64,000 nt of DNA from an uncultured Bacteroidales bacterium (lineage in GTDB: Bacteria > Bacteroidota > Bacteroidia > Bacteroidales > WCHB1-69), in NCBI GenBank assembly GCA_946409645.1, contig CAMJXE010000002.1, forward strand, positions 15,808-79,807. The letters run 5' to 3'. Each line of letters begins with the position of its first letter. Within the stretch, counting starts at the first letter, position 1. The translations under genes were made by a program, and so were the position numbers. Below the pieces are notes generated by a model. The model saw nothing but the letters and a program-made list of their open reading frames with translations, was not told the origin of the DNA and did no database searches. Positions 9,890 to 21,800 of the stretch are shown here, one piece after another.

Positions 9890-10939
9890 TTACCACCCTG
9901 GAGCATCGCCACGACTCACATCAATCTTGTAACCAGTAGATGCGATTCTGACCCCGAGGCAGTTCACGCATTGCGCAGATTCGTCGCCCGTGCAAATCTT
10001 GTTGTCGTAAAGGTCGTACTTTTTACGTACGGATACTGGCGAAAGGTTCGGCATCACCACGTTTGCACCCGCCATCAGCCCTTTTTCGCGGCCCGTCTTG
10101 TCGATGGTGCCCAAAGCGGTGGTGGAGGGTAGCAGCAATTGCGGCATCATCAGTCGCAGAAGACCCAGCATGAAGAGTGTCAGCTCCACTGTGCCGCCCG
10201 ATTCGTTAGCGAACGGGGTGGCGTGATGCGGCACAAAGGGTCCGATACCGACCATCTGCGGCTGCAACTCCTTGATAAAGAGCATATCCTCAGCTAACAG
10301 TTCTGGTGTCTGGAATGGTGTGCCCACCATAAATCCTGTACCCACTTGGTAACCAATATCTTTCAAATCCCAGAGACATTGTATGCGGCGCGCGTGTGAC
10401 ATCCACGCAGGATGCAATTGCGCGTAATGCTGCGCGTTAGCCGTTTCATGACGCAATAAGTAACGATCAGCACCAGCATCAAAGAGTTTCTGGTAACGCT
10501 CTTTCGCGCGCTCACCCAAGGAGAGCGTGATGGCACAATCGGGGAAGCGAGATTTGATGTTGCCAATCAACCGTACCAGCACTTCATCGGTGAAGTGCGC
10601 ATCCTCGCCGCCCTGCATCACGAACGTCCTGAAACCCAGCTGATAACCCTCTTCACAACAGGCGAGAATGTCCTCTTCGGTGAGACGATAACGGTCTGCA
10701 GTCTCGTTGCTGCGACGTATGCCGCAGTAGTAGCAGTCGTTGGCGCAATAGTTGGAAATCTCGATGAGTCCGCGCAAATAGACGGATTTCCCGAAATAGC
10801 GTTCGCGCACGACCCGCGCCCGCTCGAACAAGTACTGGGCATCCTCTTCGGAATGAGATGCAATCAAAAAGGCAAACTCCTCTTTGCTAAGGATTTGCGT
10901 TTCTTCCAATTGGGATATTAACGTCTTGCTATTTTCCAT
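9890..10939 (-). CDS. hydE: radical SAM maturase HydE-like ([FeFe]-hydrogenase H-cluster maturase family)
   Basis: CANDCYYCGIR (CxxxCxxC), GADRYLLRHETAN, MVGIGPFVPH, GANVMPN-type motifs as in HydE. The ATG at 10939 (MENSKTL...) is preferred over the track start at 10981. Confidence 0.75.
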   Translation of the reverse strand: MENSKTLISQLEETQILSKEEFAFLIASHSEEDAQYLFERARVVRERYFGKSVYLRGLIEISNYCANDCYYCGIRRSNETADRYRLTEEDILACCEEGYQLGFRTFVMQGGEDAHFTDEVLVRLIGNIKSRFPDCAITLSLGERAKERYQKLFDAGADRYLLRHETANAQHYAQLHPAWMSHARRIQCLWDLKDIGYQVGTGFMVGTPFQTPELLAEDMLFIKELQPQMVGIGPFVPHHATPFANESGGTVELTLFMLGLLRLMMPQLLLPSTTALGTIDKTGREKGLMAGANVVMPNLSPVSVRKKYDLYDNKICTGDESAQCVNCLGVRIASTGYKIDVSRGDAPGW

Positions 10940-10991
10940 TGTGTTTTTTTTAATGCTTGACCTTTTCAAATCACAAATCACTGCTTACTCC

Positions 10992-11483
10992 TTAATACAA
11001 ATCGATCCACTCGTACGGATTCCCCATGTGTTGCAGGAATCGTTCGAAATCCTCGCGTTTCACGATGAGCGAGGCGGTGTTGATGCAGGGATGGAAACTG
11101 ACGCGCTCGGCATTCTGCAGCTGGTTGTCGAGGAAGAGATGCACATGGTGCTCGGTGTCGTTGATGAGTCCGAAGGGTGTCACCGAACCGGGCTTCACGC
11201 CGAGGTATTTCATCAGGCGCGGTTCCGAGGCAAAGCTCAACTTGCCTTGATGCAGCTGCTTTTCGATGTCGTGGATATTCATGTCTTGGTCGCAATCGAG
11301 GCAGACCAAATAGTGCTGGTTGCCCTTGTGGTTGCGGAAGAAGAGGTTCTTGCAGTGCTTGGCATCGTGCCCTGCCCAGTATTGTTTGGCAATCTCGATG
11401 GTCGGTGCGGCCGGATGCTCTAAATATTCGTATGGGATGTGCAATTCATCCAGTAATTGATATAATCTCGGATCTCCGTTCAT
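10992..11483 (-). CDS. prolyl-tRNA synthetase-associated (YbaK/ProX-type) deacylase domain protein
   Basis: 163 aa. HCKNLFFRNHKGNQHYLVCL...LGVKPGSVTPFGLIND is typical of YbaK/ProX editing-domain proteins. Confidence 0.75.
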   Translation of the reverse strand: MNGDPRLYQLLDELHIPYEYLEHPAAPTIEIAKQYWAGHDAKHCKNLFFRNHKGNQHYLVCLDCDQDMNIHDIEKQLHQGKLSFASEPRLMKYLGVKPGSVTPFGLINDTEHHVHLFLDNQLQNAERVSFHPCINTASLIVKREDFERFLQHMGNPYEWIDLY

Positions 11484-11486
11484 GAT

Positions 11487-11612
11487 GGTTGGTTCAAGGT
11501 TTAGGGTTTAGGGTTTAAGGTTTAGGGTTTAAGGTTTAAGGTTTAAGGTTCAAGGGTTAAGGTTCAAGGGTTAAGGTTCAAGGGTTAAGGTTCTGAGGTT
11601 AGGGGTTAGGTT
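11487..11612. repeat. tandem 7-mer/14-mer tract: (GGTTTAG/GGTTTAA)x7 then (GGTTCAAGGGTTAA)x3 plus degenerate tail
   Basis: Read directly. 7-mers at 11498-11546, 14-mers at 11547-11588. It fills the whole murG-stop to proX-start spacer. Confidence 0.95.
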
Positions 11613-11622
11613 CAAATGTAGG

Positions 11623-12729
11623 TCAAGATAACTTCACAATCTCCTCATATATCAAATCAATGGCGTTCGGCAGGGCGAAGGTTTTGATGTTCGTGCCGAG
11701 GGTTTCCATCCGATGCGGGTCGTTGACTAACTGTAACATCGTAGGTATCAGCTTCTCCGGTGCGTCTTTGTCGGATATGAGCAGGGCGGCGTCTTTTGTG
11801 GAGAGAGCCTTGGCGTTGAAGGTCTGGTGGTCTTCGGCGGCGTAGGGGAACGGCACGAGGATGGTGGGAGCCCCCACGATGGTCAGCTCCGCCAATGCTA
11901 ATGCGCCTGCGCGGGAGATGATGACGTCAGCCATGCTGTAGGCGTCGTTCATGTTCTTGATGAACGGCACGACATGGATGTGTTCGTCTTGTTGTTTCAG
12001 CAGCTCAGGGTCGATATTTTTGTAGAACTGTTCGCCGGTTTGCCACAACAGCTGCAGGTCGGCTTTGCGGAAAGCGTCCAAATTGGCGGCCATGGTCTGG
12101 TTGAAGGTGCGTGCGCCGAGGCTACCGCCCACCACCAGCACGGTTTTCTTGTCGGGTGAGAAGTTGAAATATTCATACGCCGCTGGTGATTTGCGCTCTA
12201 ATTGCAAGATTTCCTTGCGGATGGGGTTGCCTGTTTTGATGATTTTTTCGGGCGGGAAGAAGCGGTCGAGACCGTCGTACGCGACACAGATGGACTTGGC
12301 TTTCTTGGCCAACATCTTGTTGGTGACTCCAGGGTAGGAGTTCTGTTCTTGCAAAAGCGTGGGAATGCCGAGTTGTGAGGCGGCTTTCAGCGCGGGACCG
12401 CTGGCGAACCCGCCGACGCCGATGGCCAGGTCGGGCTTGAACTCACGCATGATTTTCTTGGCCTTACTCATGGCTTTCATCATCACCATGGGCAGCCGCA
12501 AATTGCACATCAAGCCATTGAGCGATTTCTCGCGGTGGATACCGTAAATCTCCAGTCCTTCAATAGGATAGCCAGCTTCTGGCACTCGCCGCATCTCCAT
12601 TTTATCGCTTGCCCCGATGAAGAGAATCTTGGCATCAGGGTTTTCTGTTTTAATCTTGTTGGCGATGGCCAACGCGGGGAATATGTGCCCGCCGGTGCCG
12701 CCGCCGCTGATGATGTATCTTTTTTCCAT
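11623..12729 (-). CDS. murG: UDP-GlcNAc:undecaprenyl-PP-MurNAc-pentapeptide GlcNAc transferase MurG
   Basis: GGGTGGHIFPALAIA G-loop, GT28 two-domain layout, 368 aa. Confidence 0.88.
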   Translation of the reverse strand: MEKRYIISGGGTGGHIFPALAIANKIKTENPDAKILFIGASDKMEMRRVPEAGYPIEGLEIYGIHREKSLNGLMCNLRLPMVMMKAMSKAKKIMREFKPDLAIGVGGFASGPALKAASQLGIPTLLQEQNSYPGVTNKMLAKKAKSICVAYDGLDRFFPPEKIIKTGNPIRKEILQLERKSPAAYEYFNFSPDKKTVLVVGGSLGARTFNQTMAANLDAFRKADLQLLWQTGEQFYKNIDPELLKQQDEHIHVVPFIKNMNDAYSMADVIISRAGALALAELTIVGAPTILVPFPYAAEDHQTFNAKALSTKDAALLISDKDAPEKLIPTMLQLVNDPHRMETLGTNIKTFALPNAIDLIYEEIVKLS

Positions 12730-12749
12730 AAAGGTTTGGTTTTGCGCCG

Positions 12750-12757
12750 CAAAAATA
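12750..12757 (-). promoter_or_regulatory. -7 promoter box TAttTTTG upstream of murG
   Basis: Reverse complement of caaaaata, ~20 nt before ATG 12729. Confidence 0.45.
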
Positions 12758-12832
12758 CAAAATCATTTTGCAATATCAATTATCAAGTTGTTTTGCTTTT
12801 GCTTATTCAGGAACAAATGATATATCAGCCCA

Positions 12833-15800
12833 CTACCGTTTCACCACCCGTTTGGTGACGGTGCCCTGTTCGGTGGTCACACGCACGAAATAGACACCGG
12901 AGGCATGGGCGGACAGGTCTATAACCGTCTGGTAATCACGTACAAAGTGCTGCTCTAACCGTTTTCCGTACATGTCAAATACCTCCAACTGCTCGATGAG
13001 GTCTTGCTCGTTGCGGACGATGCATTTTCCAGTCGTGGGGTTGGGGTAGAGATGCAAGAGTTGGTCGATGTCACGCTCGGGAACCCCGACATCAGGTCTT
13101 ACGGAGAACACCACGTCGTCGATGAACACCTTGCCCAGATAGGCGGGGCAGTGGTAGCGGAACGCCACATACCGTCCGTCGCCGTTGTAGTGGTCAAGGA
13201 GCACGGAATGCGGTTCCCACACTCCCCAGCTCTGGAGGGTGATGGTATCGACCGGCACGAAGGAGACGGCATCGTAAGGACTGCTCATCACGCCGATGAA
13301 CATCGTGTCCCAGCCCGGAGCAGCACCAGCTTCCTGGAAGTAGCTGAAATCCAGTTGGATGCTGTCGAAGGAGAGATTCGGGGCGAATGCGGGAGTGATG
13401 GCCCAATCATCGCTGAAGGAGTTGGCGAGGAAGAGCATCGACCCGACGCCGCTGGCGGAAACTTCGGACGAAACGATGGGGTAGTAGGAGTAGGATGCAG
13501 GGGTCAGAATGCGGCGCCAACAATCGGGGAAGGCCGTCTCACTGTCTGTTCCGTAGGTGTCGAACGTCTCCGTGTAGGGCAATTGGCTGATAATTCCACA
13601 GTCTGGGGTGATTTCTAACGACTCTGACCATTCCGAATGGCTGTTCGAGCCACAGTCGGTCCGCACGAATATGCGGTACGTTTGTCCGGGAGTCAGGTTA
13701 TCAACGACAAACGAGGTGCTGGCGGTGGCCACCAGGGTTTGGGTGTTGGGAGAAACACCCGGGGCGCAGGCCACATATTCCCATTGTGAAGCACTGCTAT
13801 GCGAGGGCTCGAACGAGATGGCAGCCGAAGTGGAGGTGAGGTCGTGGGCAGTCAAACCGGAGGGTGCATCGCAATCATCTGCTTGATAGACAATCAGATC
13901 GTCAAGCCACATGGCCATATTGGAGGAGTGTAATCCCACCTGTCGGAAGGCGATATGGCGGTTGGTGCCCGTCATCGCCGTGTTGCGGAAATCCACCGTG
14001 ACATCCTGCCAGGTATCAAAATGGGCGATGGAAATAACCTGCACGGATTCAAAAGTCGAAAGGTCGTACGGGTCGCTCATCACCCCCACTTCCATACAGC
14101 CGGCAATATATTCATGGTCAGCAGACAACCGGAACTGCGCCCGCAGCGAATGGATGTCCACCCCGAACGGCTGGGTGACAGCGGTGGCAGTCGTTGACGT
14201 GTCGGAGTGGAAGAGCAGGGCTTTGCTCTCCATGCCGTAATAGCCGTAGGTGTTCCAGTCAATTCTGGGACATTCGGCGTAGGTGACGGGGAAGATCCAG
14301 CAGTCGGGTCTCACAATATAGGAGCTCATCCACGGGTAGTCGTCGAAATTCTCCGAATAGGGCAGATCCACCACGGGGGCGCAAGTTGTCATGAAGGTGG
14401 CGGGGGTACACCACGAACTGCTCGAGCTGCCGCAATCGGACTGCACGAAGACATCGTACATCGTGTTGTCGGCCAAGCCGCCGATAACAATCGGATGAGT
14501 TCCCGTCAGCACAGGTGTGCCGCTCTCAGGTCCATTGCCGTTGGGGACGACCACCACGCGCCAAGCGGTCTCCGATCCGCCGGGTTGCCAATCCACCAAC
14601 ACGCTGTCGTGGGTGATGGGCTCTGCGGTCACATTCGTGGGCAGCGGACAGGCGGAGAGGTAATCCACCGTCAGATTGTCCATGCTGACCGGGGTGAGCG
14701 GATTGGAGAAGTTCTCCTGCATGAAGGCGAGGTAGTGACCGTTGCCGGTGTAGGAAGCCAAACTGACGGTCCTATCAATCCAAGATGTCAGCGCGTAAGG
14801 GTTCGGGAAGACCGTGTCAACAGGCGTGAACGTGGCGAAGTCGTTAGGATCGGTCATCACACCCACCACCAATATGGAGTTGGGGGCTGTCGTGTTGGCT
14901 TTGAACTTGAACGACGCCTGCAAGGTGTTCAGCGGGATAGACGAATCAAATTCGGGCGTGATGGCGACGTTGTGGCCGTTGCTGGGTTGGAAATAGAGCG
15001 AACCCGGTGAGCTGTAAAATCCGTTGGGGAAAATAAACGGATAAGGTGCGACGATATAGGAGGAGTAGAGGCGGCTCCAGCATCTCGGGAATGCGGAGTA
15101 GCCGTCCAGATTGGAGCCGGTGCCGTAGGTGTCAAAGGATTCCATGTAAGGGATATCGGTGATGGTGCCGCAGTCTGTCCTTTGGGAAGTGGAACACCAT
15201 GCACTCTGGCTGTTCCCGCAATTGGTACGCACATAGATGGTGTAGAGTCTGTCTTTGTGCAGATTGTTGAAGGTGTAAGCGGTACTTGTCAGCGCGACAA
15301 TTTGCGTGGTGTCTAAAGGTTGCCCTTCTTCCACAATGACGGCCTCCCAATTCTGGTCGCTGGTGTCGGCGGGGGTGAAGCTGATGCTGATGCTGGTTGT
15401 GGAGGTTGCGGTCACTGTCAGCGTATGAGGTGCGGCGCAGGAACCGCCGTAAATCATGATGTTATCGACGGCACCCGGCGGGTTCGTTCCCTCATAGTGG
15501 CCGTTGCTCCAGAGGAAGTAGAGCCGCTGGTGTCCCGCGTGCGTGGAATCGACCGTGAACGAATGGCTGGTCCATGCGGCATCCGTGTACAGCCCGTTGC
15601 CGAGTTCCTCCAATCCGGAAGGGATAGTGATGGAATAGGTGGCGTTGGGCTCCACAGGGACAGGAGGTCCGAGGAAGATGCGGGTGCGGTCATCGCCGCT
15701 CTGCCCAAGCCCTCGGAAGTCGAAGGCAATCTGGTATTCAGAATATCCTGGGGTGAAATAGATGTCACGATAAGCCCAGGAATTGCTCATAGAGCCATAG

Positions 15801-18800
15801 ACATTGTAGGCGTTGGTTGCACCGTTGTCGTTGGAGACGTAGAGAGCGTATTGGCCTGCTTGTTGCGCGGCCTGCCCAATATACCAGCGGTTATCGCCCA
15901 CACCCAGCAGACGCCAGTCGCGGTTCTCGTCACTCTCTTCAAAGCCGCAGAAATAGGGCAGCTGCGCTTCGGTGGCTTCCGTGAAGAAAGTGCTTACATC
16001 GCTCCACTGGCTGGCGAATGACGGCACGCAGCTCTTGCGCACGCGCCACGTGTATTGCGTGGAGGACTGCAAATTCTGCAGCAATAGGAACGTGTCGGTG
16101 GTGGAAAGCTCGTACCATCCCGTATCGCTGCTCATCCGGTAGCCGACTGAGTAGTCGTTGGTGATGCCGCACACACCGGGGCTCCAGGAGACCACCGCTG
16201 TGACATCGGCAAGGTCGGAAACGGTCAGTTCCGTCGGGATGCTGCATGGCGAACCGACGATGGAGATGTTGTCCACGGCACCGGCAAGTGGATTGTTCGT
16301 CCCTGCAACCTGCTGTCTCCAAAGGAAGTATAGACGTTGCATGCCCGCATGGGAACCGTTGATTACGAAACGGAAATGGTTCCAGTTGGCCATCCCATAG
16401 AAGTCGCCGATAACTTCTGCATTGGCGGGGGTGTAATTGCCGGAAGGGGTTGTCGGTGGTCCGAGGAACACCCTTACATAGTCCACAGATGCTCCGGGAT
16501 AACCGTAAGAGCGGATGTCGAATTCCATCAGATATTCGGAATATTGCGGATCGAAGTAGATGTCGCGATAAGCCCAGGTCTGGGCGTTCACGTTGTCGGA
16601 GAAGGTATTGGAAACGCCGTTGTTGTTGGAGACATATAGCGCGGAGTCGCCATCACAGTGCACCGCATGGCCGATGTACCACTTGTGGTTGTTCATACCA
16701 TCATCTATTATCCAACATACGTTCTCATCTGCCTCCTCAAAGCCGCAGAAATAAGGCAAAGTAGTCGTGCTGAACTGGAACTCGTCGCTCCATACGCCTT
16801 GCATAGTGTCGCAGTTGGTCCTAACTTTGGCTATATAGTTGGTCTTGGGTTGCAGGTTGGTCAGCATAACTTGAGTGCTGTTGGCGGTCAAATAACTATA
16901 GCTGCTGTCGGATTGTCGGCGGTAAGCCACCGTGTAGGAGTCGGCTTGGTAAACCGCATCCCAAGACAGCAGCGCATCGTTCTCCGACACTTGGTTGGCG
17001 GTCAGATGGCGTGGGATGCCGCAACCCTCCGGTGTGATGGAGATGTTGTCGAAGGCCGCCGGCGGGTTGGTGCCCCATGACACGTCGCTGCGCCACAGGA
17101 TGTAGATGCGCTGCAGACCGGTGAATGCGGTGTCTAAATTGATGGTGACATTGTGCCAGGTGGAATCCAAATAGATGACATCGCCCATCTGGGTTGCACC
17201 GTCGGGGACAATAATATTTGAGCTGACGGGTGTGACAGTTGGCGTCGTGGGAGGTCCTAAGAATACTTTCGCGTAGTCAACTGGATTGTTGTTATACAGC
17301 TCGCCGAAAGCTCTGCAGTCGAATGAAATCACATAATCGGTATAGCTGGGATCCAGATAGACATCGCGGTAAGCCCATATCATGGAATAGTTGGTCGTGT
17401 AGGTGTTGGTGGCGCCATTGTCATTGGATACATACAACGATGAGGTACCTCCGTTGTTCACAGCGTTTCCGATATGCCATTTGTTGGCGTAACTCCCGTT
17501 GACGAACGTCCATCGGCTGTTCTCATCCGCATCTTCGAAATCACATACGTAAGGCAGACGGGCGGTGATTGCCGGGGTCTGGAAGGTGGATTCCGCAGAC
17601 CATTGGCTGTGGTCGGTAGCGGTGCAGTTGGCCCGCACTTTCCAAACGTAGGTGGTCAGCGGAGTGAGGTTTCCGATGGTGAGATGTTCGTCAGGAACGG
17701 TGATGTACGTGAAGGCGGTGTCATATTGCAGTTTGTAGGCAACAGTGTAAGATTCGGCACTGCCGTTGTGCATAGACCACAACAGATTGGCGAGCGTGTC
17801 CATCGCCTGCGCGGTCAGTTCGTAAGGGACATCGGTACACGGGGTGCCGTCGATGGTGAGGTTGTCGATGGCGGCCGGCGGATTGGAGACTGTCCAGCCG
17901 GTGTTGCGCCACAAGAAATAGAGTCGTTGCAGACCAGCATAGGAGTGGTTCAACGTGTAGGTTTTGGTTGTCCACGCCGACATTCCGCAAAGGCTGTTTC
18001 CTAATTCGGTGGCCCCGGCGGGCGTGGTGGTGCCGTTAGGTGTGACAGGACTTCCGATGTAAACATTGGTGTAAGCAGAAATTTGGTAGCTGGTTCCTCC
18101 CACCCCTCTCATGTCAAAGGAAAGGGTATAGACGGAATCGGACGGGTCGAAATAGATGTCCCGGTAAGCCCAAACGTAAGAACTGTTATAAGGGTAAGAG
18201 TATGCGTAAGTTACACCTCCATTGTTCGATATATACAAGGAATAGTCCCCGCTCAAGCTGACCGCGTTGCCAACGTACCATTGGTTGTTATAGGTCCCAT
18301 TCACGAACTGCCAGGCATTGCGCTCGTTGGCATCTTCAAAGTCACAGATGTAGGGCAAAGCCGCAGGCATCCGGACGCTGAGGTCGCTGGACCATCCACT
18401 ATGATCGTTAGCGGAGCAATTGGCGCGCACTTTGCAGAAGTAGGCGGCGGACGGAGTGAGTCCGCTTACGGTCAAGAAAGTGTCCGTGGTCGTGTATTCG
18501 GTGGTCGTGGTGCTTCCCGCTTGTCGCACGCTCACGGTATAGGAAACCGGATTGTCAGATGTGGGTGTCCATGCCAAAGCAACCGTTTGGTCGGTCATGC
18601 CGGTTAACGCTAATTCAGACGGTATGGCACAGTCGGAGCCGACCACGGTGAGATTATCCACAGCGGCTGGAGGTTGCACCCCTAAAGAGTTGTTGTTAAC
18701 CCACAGGAAATAGATGCGCTGTATGCCTGTGTAAGAGGAGTCGAGAGTAAATACGTAGTGTGTCCAGTCGTTAACAGAGGATATGGCAGTGCCCAGTTGC

Positions 18801-21800
18801 ATTGCGCCGGCGGGTGTTGTTGTGCCAGACGGGACAGCGGGACTGCCCACAAACACCTTCATGTAGTCGGTATTGGCCTGCCCCATGCCTTTGAAATCGA
18901 ACGAAAGCTGGTATTCGGCATGGCCGTTGTCGAAGAAGACATCGCGGTATGCCCACACGGAAGCGTTTTCCGTGATGGTATATGCGTTGGTCGTGCCGCC
19001 GTCATTGGAGATGTAGAGGGCGTGGTTGTCTTCGTAGCCAGTGGCATTGCCGATGACCCATTGGTTTTCCGCTTCTCCGTTTACCATCGTCCATTGGCTG
19101 TTTTCAGCGGTGTTGTCAAAGGCGCAAACGTAGGGCAAATGATTCAGCATCTGCGTGGTGGTGAAGAACATATCTCCGCTCCATTCACTCTGTTCATTAT
19201 CTGTGCAGTTGGCGCGGATTTTCCACGTGTAAGTGGTTTCAGGAAGAAGTCCGGTCAGCACACAAGTTGTGTTTTGCACAGACATTTCCACATAGAGACT
19301 GTCGTCCAGTTTCTTGTAAGCCAAAGTGTAGGAGAGCGGGGAGCCTGCGCTGGGAGCCCAGGAAAGGATCGTGGTGGTGTCTTGCGTCTGGGCTGCCAAA
19401 TTAGCAGGGACACCGCACGTAGAGACGGTGATGGAAATATTGTCGATGGCGGCAGGTGGATTGATGCCGGAATTATTGTTGTTGTTCCACAAGATGTAGA
19501 GCCGTTGCACGCCCGCATGGGTGGAATCTACGGTGAAACTTTTGTGCACCCATTGGTCGGTCAGGTTCAATTCCTCCCCGATTTGGGTGAAGGGGATAGT
19601 AACATTATAATATTCGACAGGAGGCGTGGCAGGGGTGTCGAGGAAAAGCTTAACATAGTCCTGCCCTTCTTGTCCCACGCCTTTGAAATCCAGAGAGAAC
19701 TGGTACTGGGAGTATCCCGGTTCCAGATAGATGTCGCGGTATGCCCAGACAAATGAATAGCGTTGCATGTCATAAGTGTTAGACACACCGTCATCGCTGG
19801 AAATATACAACAGCGTATTGTCAGTAACATTTGTCGGAGTGCCGATAAACCAGCGGTTTTGGTAATCGTAGTTAAAAGAACCCCCTCCATAGTTGTTAAT
19901 TTCACAGTTTTCACCGTTTCGGATAGTCCAATTTTTATTTTCCGTAGAATCTTCAAAGTCACAGAAATAGGGAATCGAGGCCAATGTTTTGAAAGCCTTT
20001 TCGCTGCTCCATTCGCTCCATTCGTTGTTGGCATATAGGGCTTTCAGTTTCCAGGCATACCAGCTGGATGCTGCCAAGTTGGAGAACTGGAAGACTGTAT
20101 CGGATGCAGACAAGAGCGTTTCCGTATATGTCGGATCCTCCTCTGCGCGGTAGGCTAACAGATACGCCTGTGGTACCTCAACGGTGTCGGATTGCCACAT
20201 CAAACGTGCCGAGTGGGAGGTGATGTCCGTTGTGGACAATTGTCCGGGAATAGTATGGTTGATGCCCTTTATGGAGATGTTGTCGATAGCACCAGCGGGA
20301 TTCAAAGAGGTGTAGAATGTAAATTCGATGCGCAGCTGCTGGAGTCCGGCAAATGATGAATCTACCGTGATGCTGTGGTGAGTCCAGAATGGCGCATCGC
20401 TCAGAAATCCGCTCACGGCATCATAATTAAGGAAAACTTGCATAAATCCCTGCATACTACCGCCGCCTTTAACATCAAAATCAATCTGATACTTGGAGAA
20501 TCCTGGTGTGAAGTAGATTTCCCGGAAGGCATACGGCTCTCCTCCATGCGGGATGTAACTGTTGGTGAGGCTGCCATCGTTGCTGATGTACAGGGAATTT
20601 TGTCCGCCGCACGCAACGGCATTGCCAATATAAACTTGATTGTTTTCTGATTCCCAGTCAGTTACAATCTGCCAGTTACTGTTTTCCACAGCATCCTCAA
20701 AATCACAGAAATAGGGCAACCCAACATGCAGTTGGTCGGTGTAGAAATCTTCTTCATCGCTCCAGAAACTGTATTCCGAAGGGCTGCAGTTGGCGCGGAC
20801 TTTCCACACATATTCGGTGAGCGGTTGCAGGCCGCCTATTATGCAGGACGTGTCAGTTACGATCACTTCCGTGAACACGGTGTCATTCATTTTGCGATAC
20901 GCCACCGTGTAGGATTCCGGAGTTTGATTGTCGAAAGGCTGCCAAGAGAGTTCGGCTAAAGTGTCCGTAACGGTTACATTTTGTAAAGAGCCAGGTCGTC
21001 CGCAGTTAGTGGCCGACACGCAGAAATTGTCCACCGCCGCCGTGGGGTTGCACGTGTAATAGCCATAATCTTCCCAGCTGAAATAGATTCGTTCTGCTCC
21101 ATAGTATGAGGAATCAACAATGAACTCATAATGTTGCCAAACACTGTCAGGTGCTTGATAGTATTGACTGTTAAAGAAGTGAATAAATGAATTTTCTGAT
21201 GGAATGCCATTGTTGTAATTGATTGATTCTTGGATGGTTGGCCGACCAATAATGAGCTTTAGGGAAGAATAATCGCAACGGCTCTCCTTGACATCAAACG
21301 AAATCAAATATTCAGTGGCACGATGGAAATACAAATCCCGATAGGCTAACGTGTAAACACTGTAATAATCAGGATGATAGCAAGAAGTGGTTGTTCCATC
21401 GTCACTAGAAACATATAAGGAAGAGGTGCCGCTGTTATTGATAGCTTGACCAATATACCATTGCGTGTTAGTGTCTGATGCAATGAATTGCCATTGGGCA
21501 TTATCAGTGGAGTCCTCGAAGCTGCAGCAGTAGGGTAGCGGATAGACAATGGGGGCGGAGAGGAAACTTAATTCAGGACTCCAGTCGCCAACTTCCGATG
21601 CACTACAATTGCTGCGCACCTTCCACACATAGTGGGTGGAATATTCCAATCCGGTGAGCAAAACGAATGTGTCAGCGACCGTAACACTGGTGAAATCCGT
21701 TTCGTTTTTTTGCTTGTATGCTACAGTATAGCTGTTTGGTTGTCCTGTCAGCGGAGTTGACCACGTCAGCAATGCCGTTGTGCTGTCCAAAGAGGCCACG

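Noticed and set aside
11498-11546. TTTAGGG repeats as eukaryotic (plant telomere) contamination or a chimeric assembly
   Set aside because: The tract is only ~50 nt of mixed GGTTTAG/GGTTTAA units and merges into other heptamer and 14-mer variants. It is flanked seamlessly on both sides by bacterial genes in the same orientation. Similar simple repeats with other units occur in many spacers of this window.
13004-19756. Long plus-strand ORFs inside the giant gene (e.g. 13004-13618, 14207-15010, 15320-16021, 17474-18004, 18083-18607, 18758-19756)
   Set aside because: They lie antisense to a continuous 11-kb ORF with a clear signal peptide, repeated conserved motifs and a T9SS CTD. Their translations are low-complexity (Gly/Val/Arg/His-rich) with no motifs, as expected of shadow ORFs on the opposite strand of a GC-rich gene.
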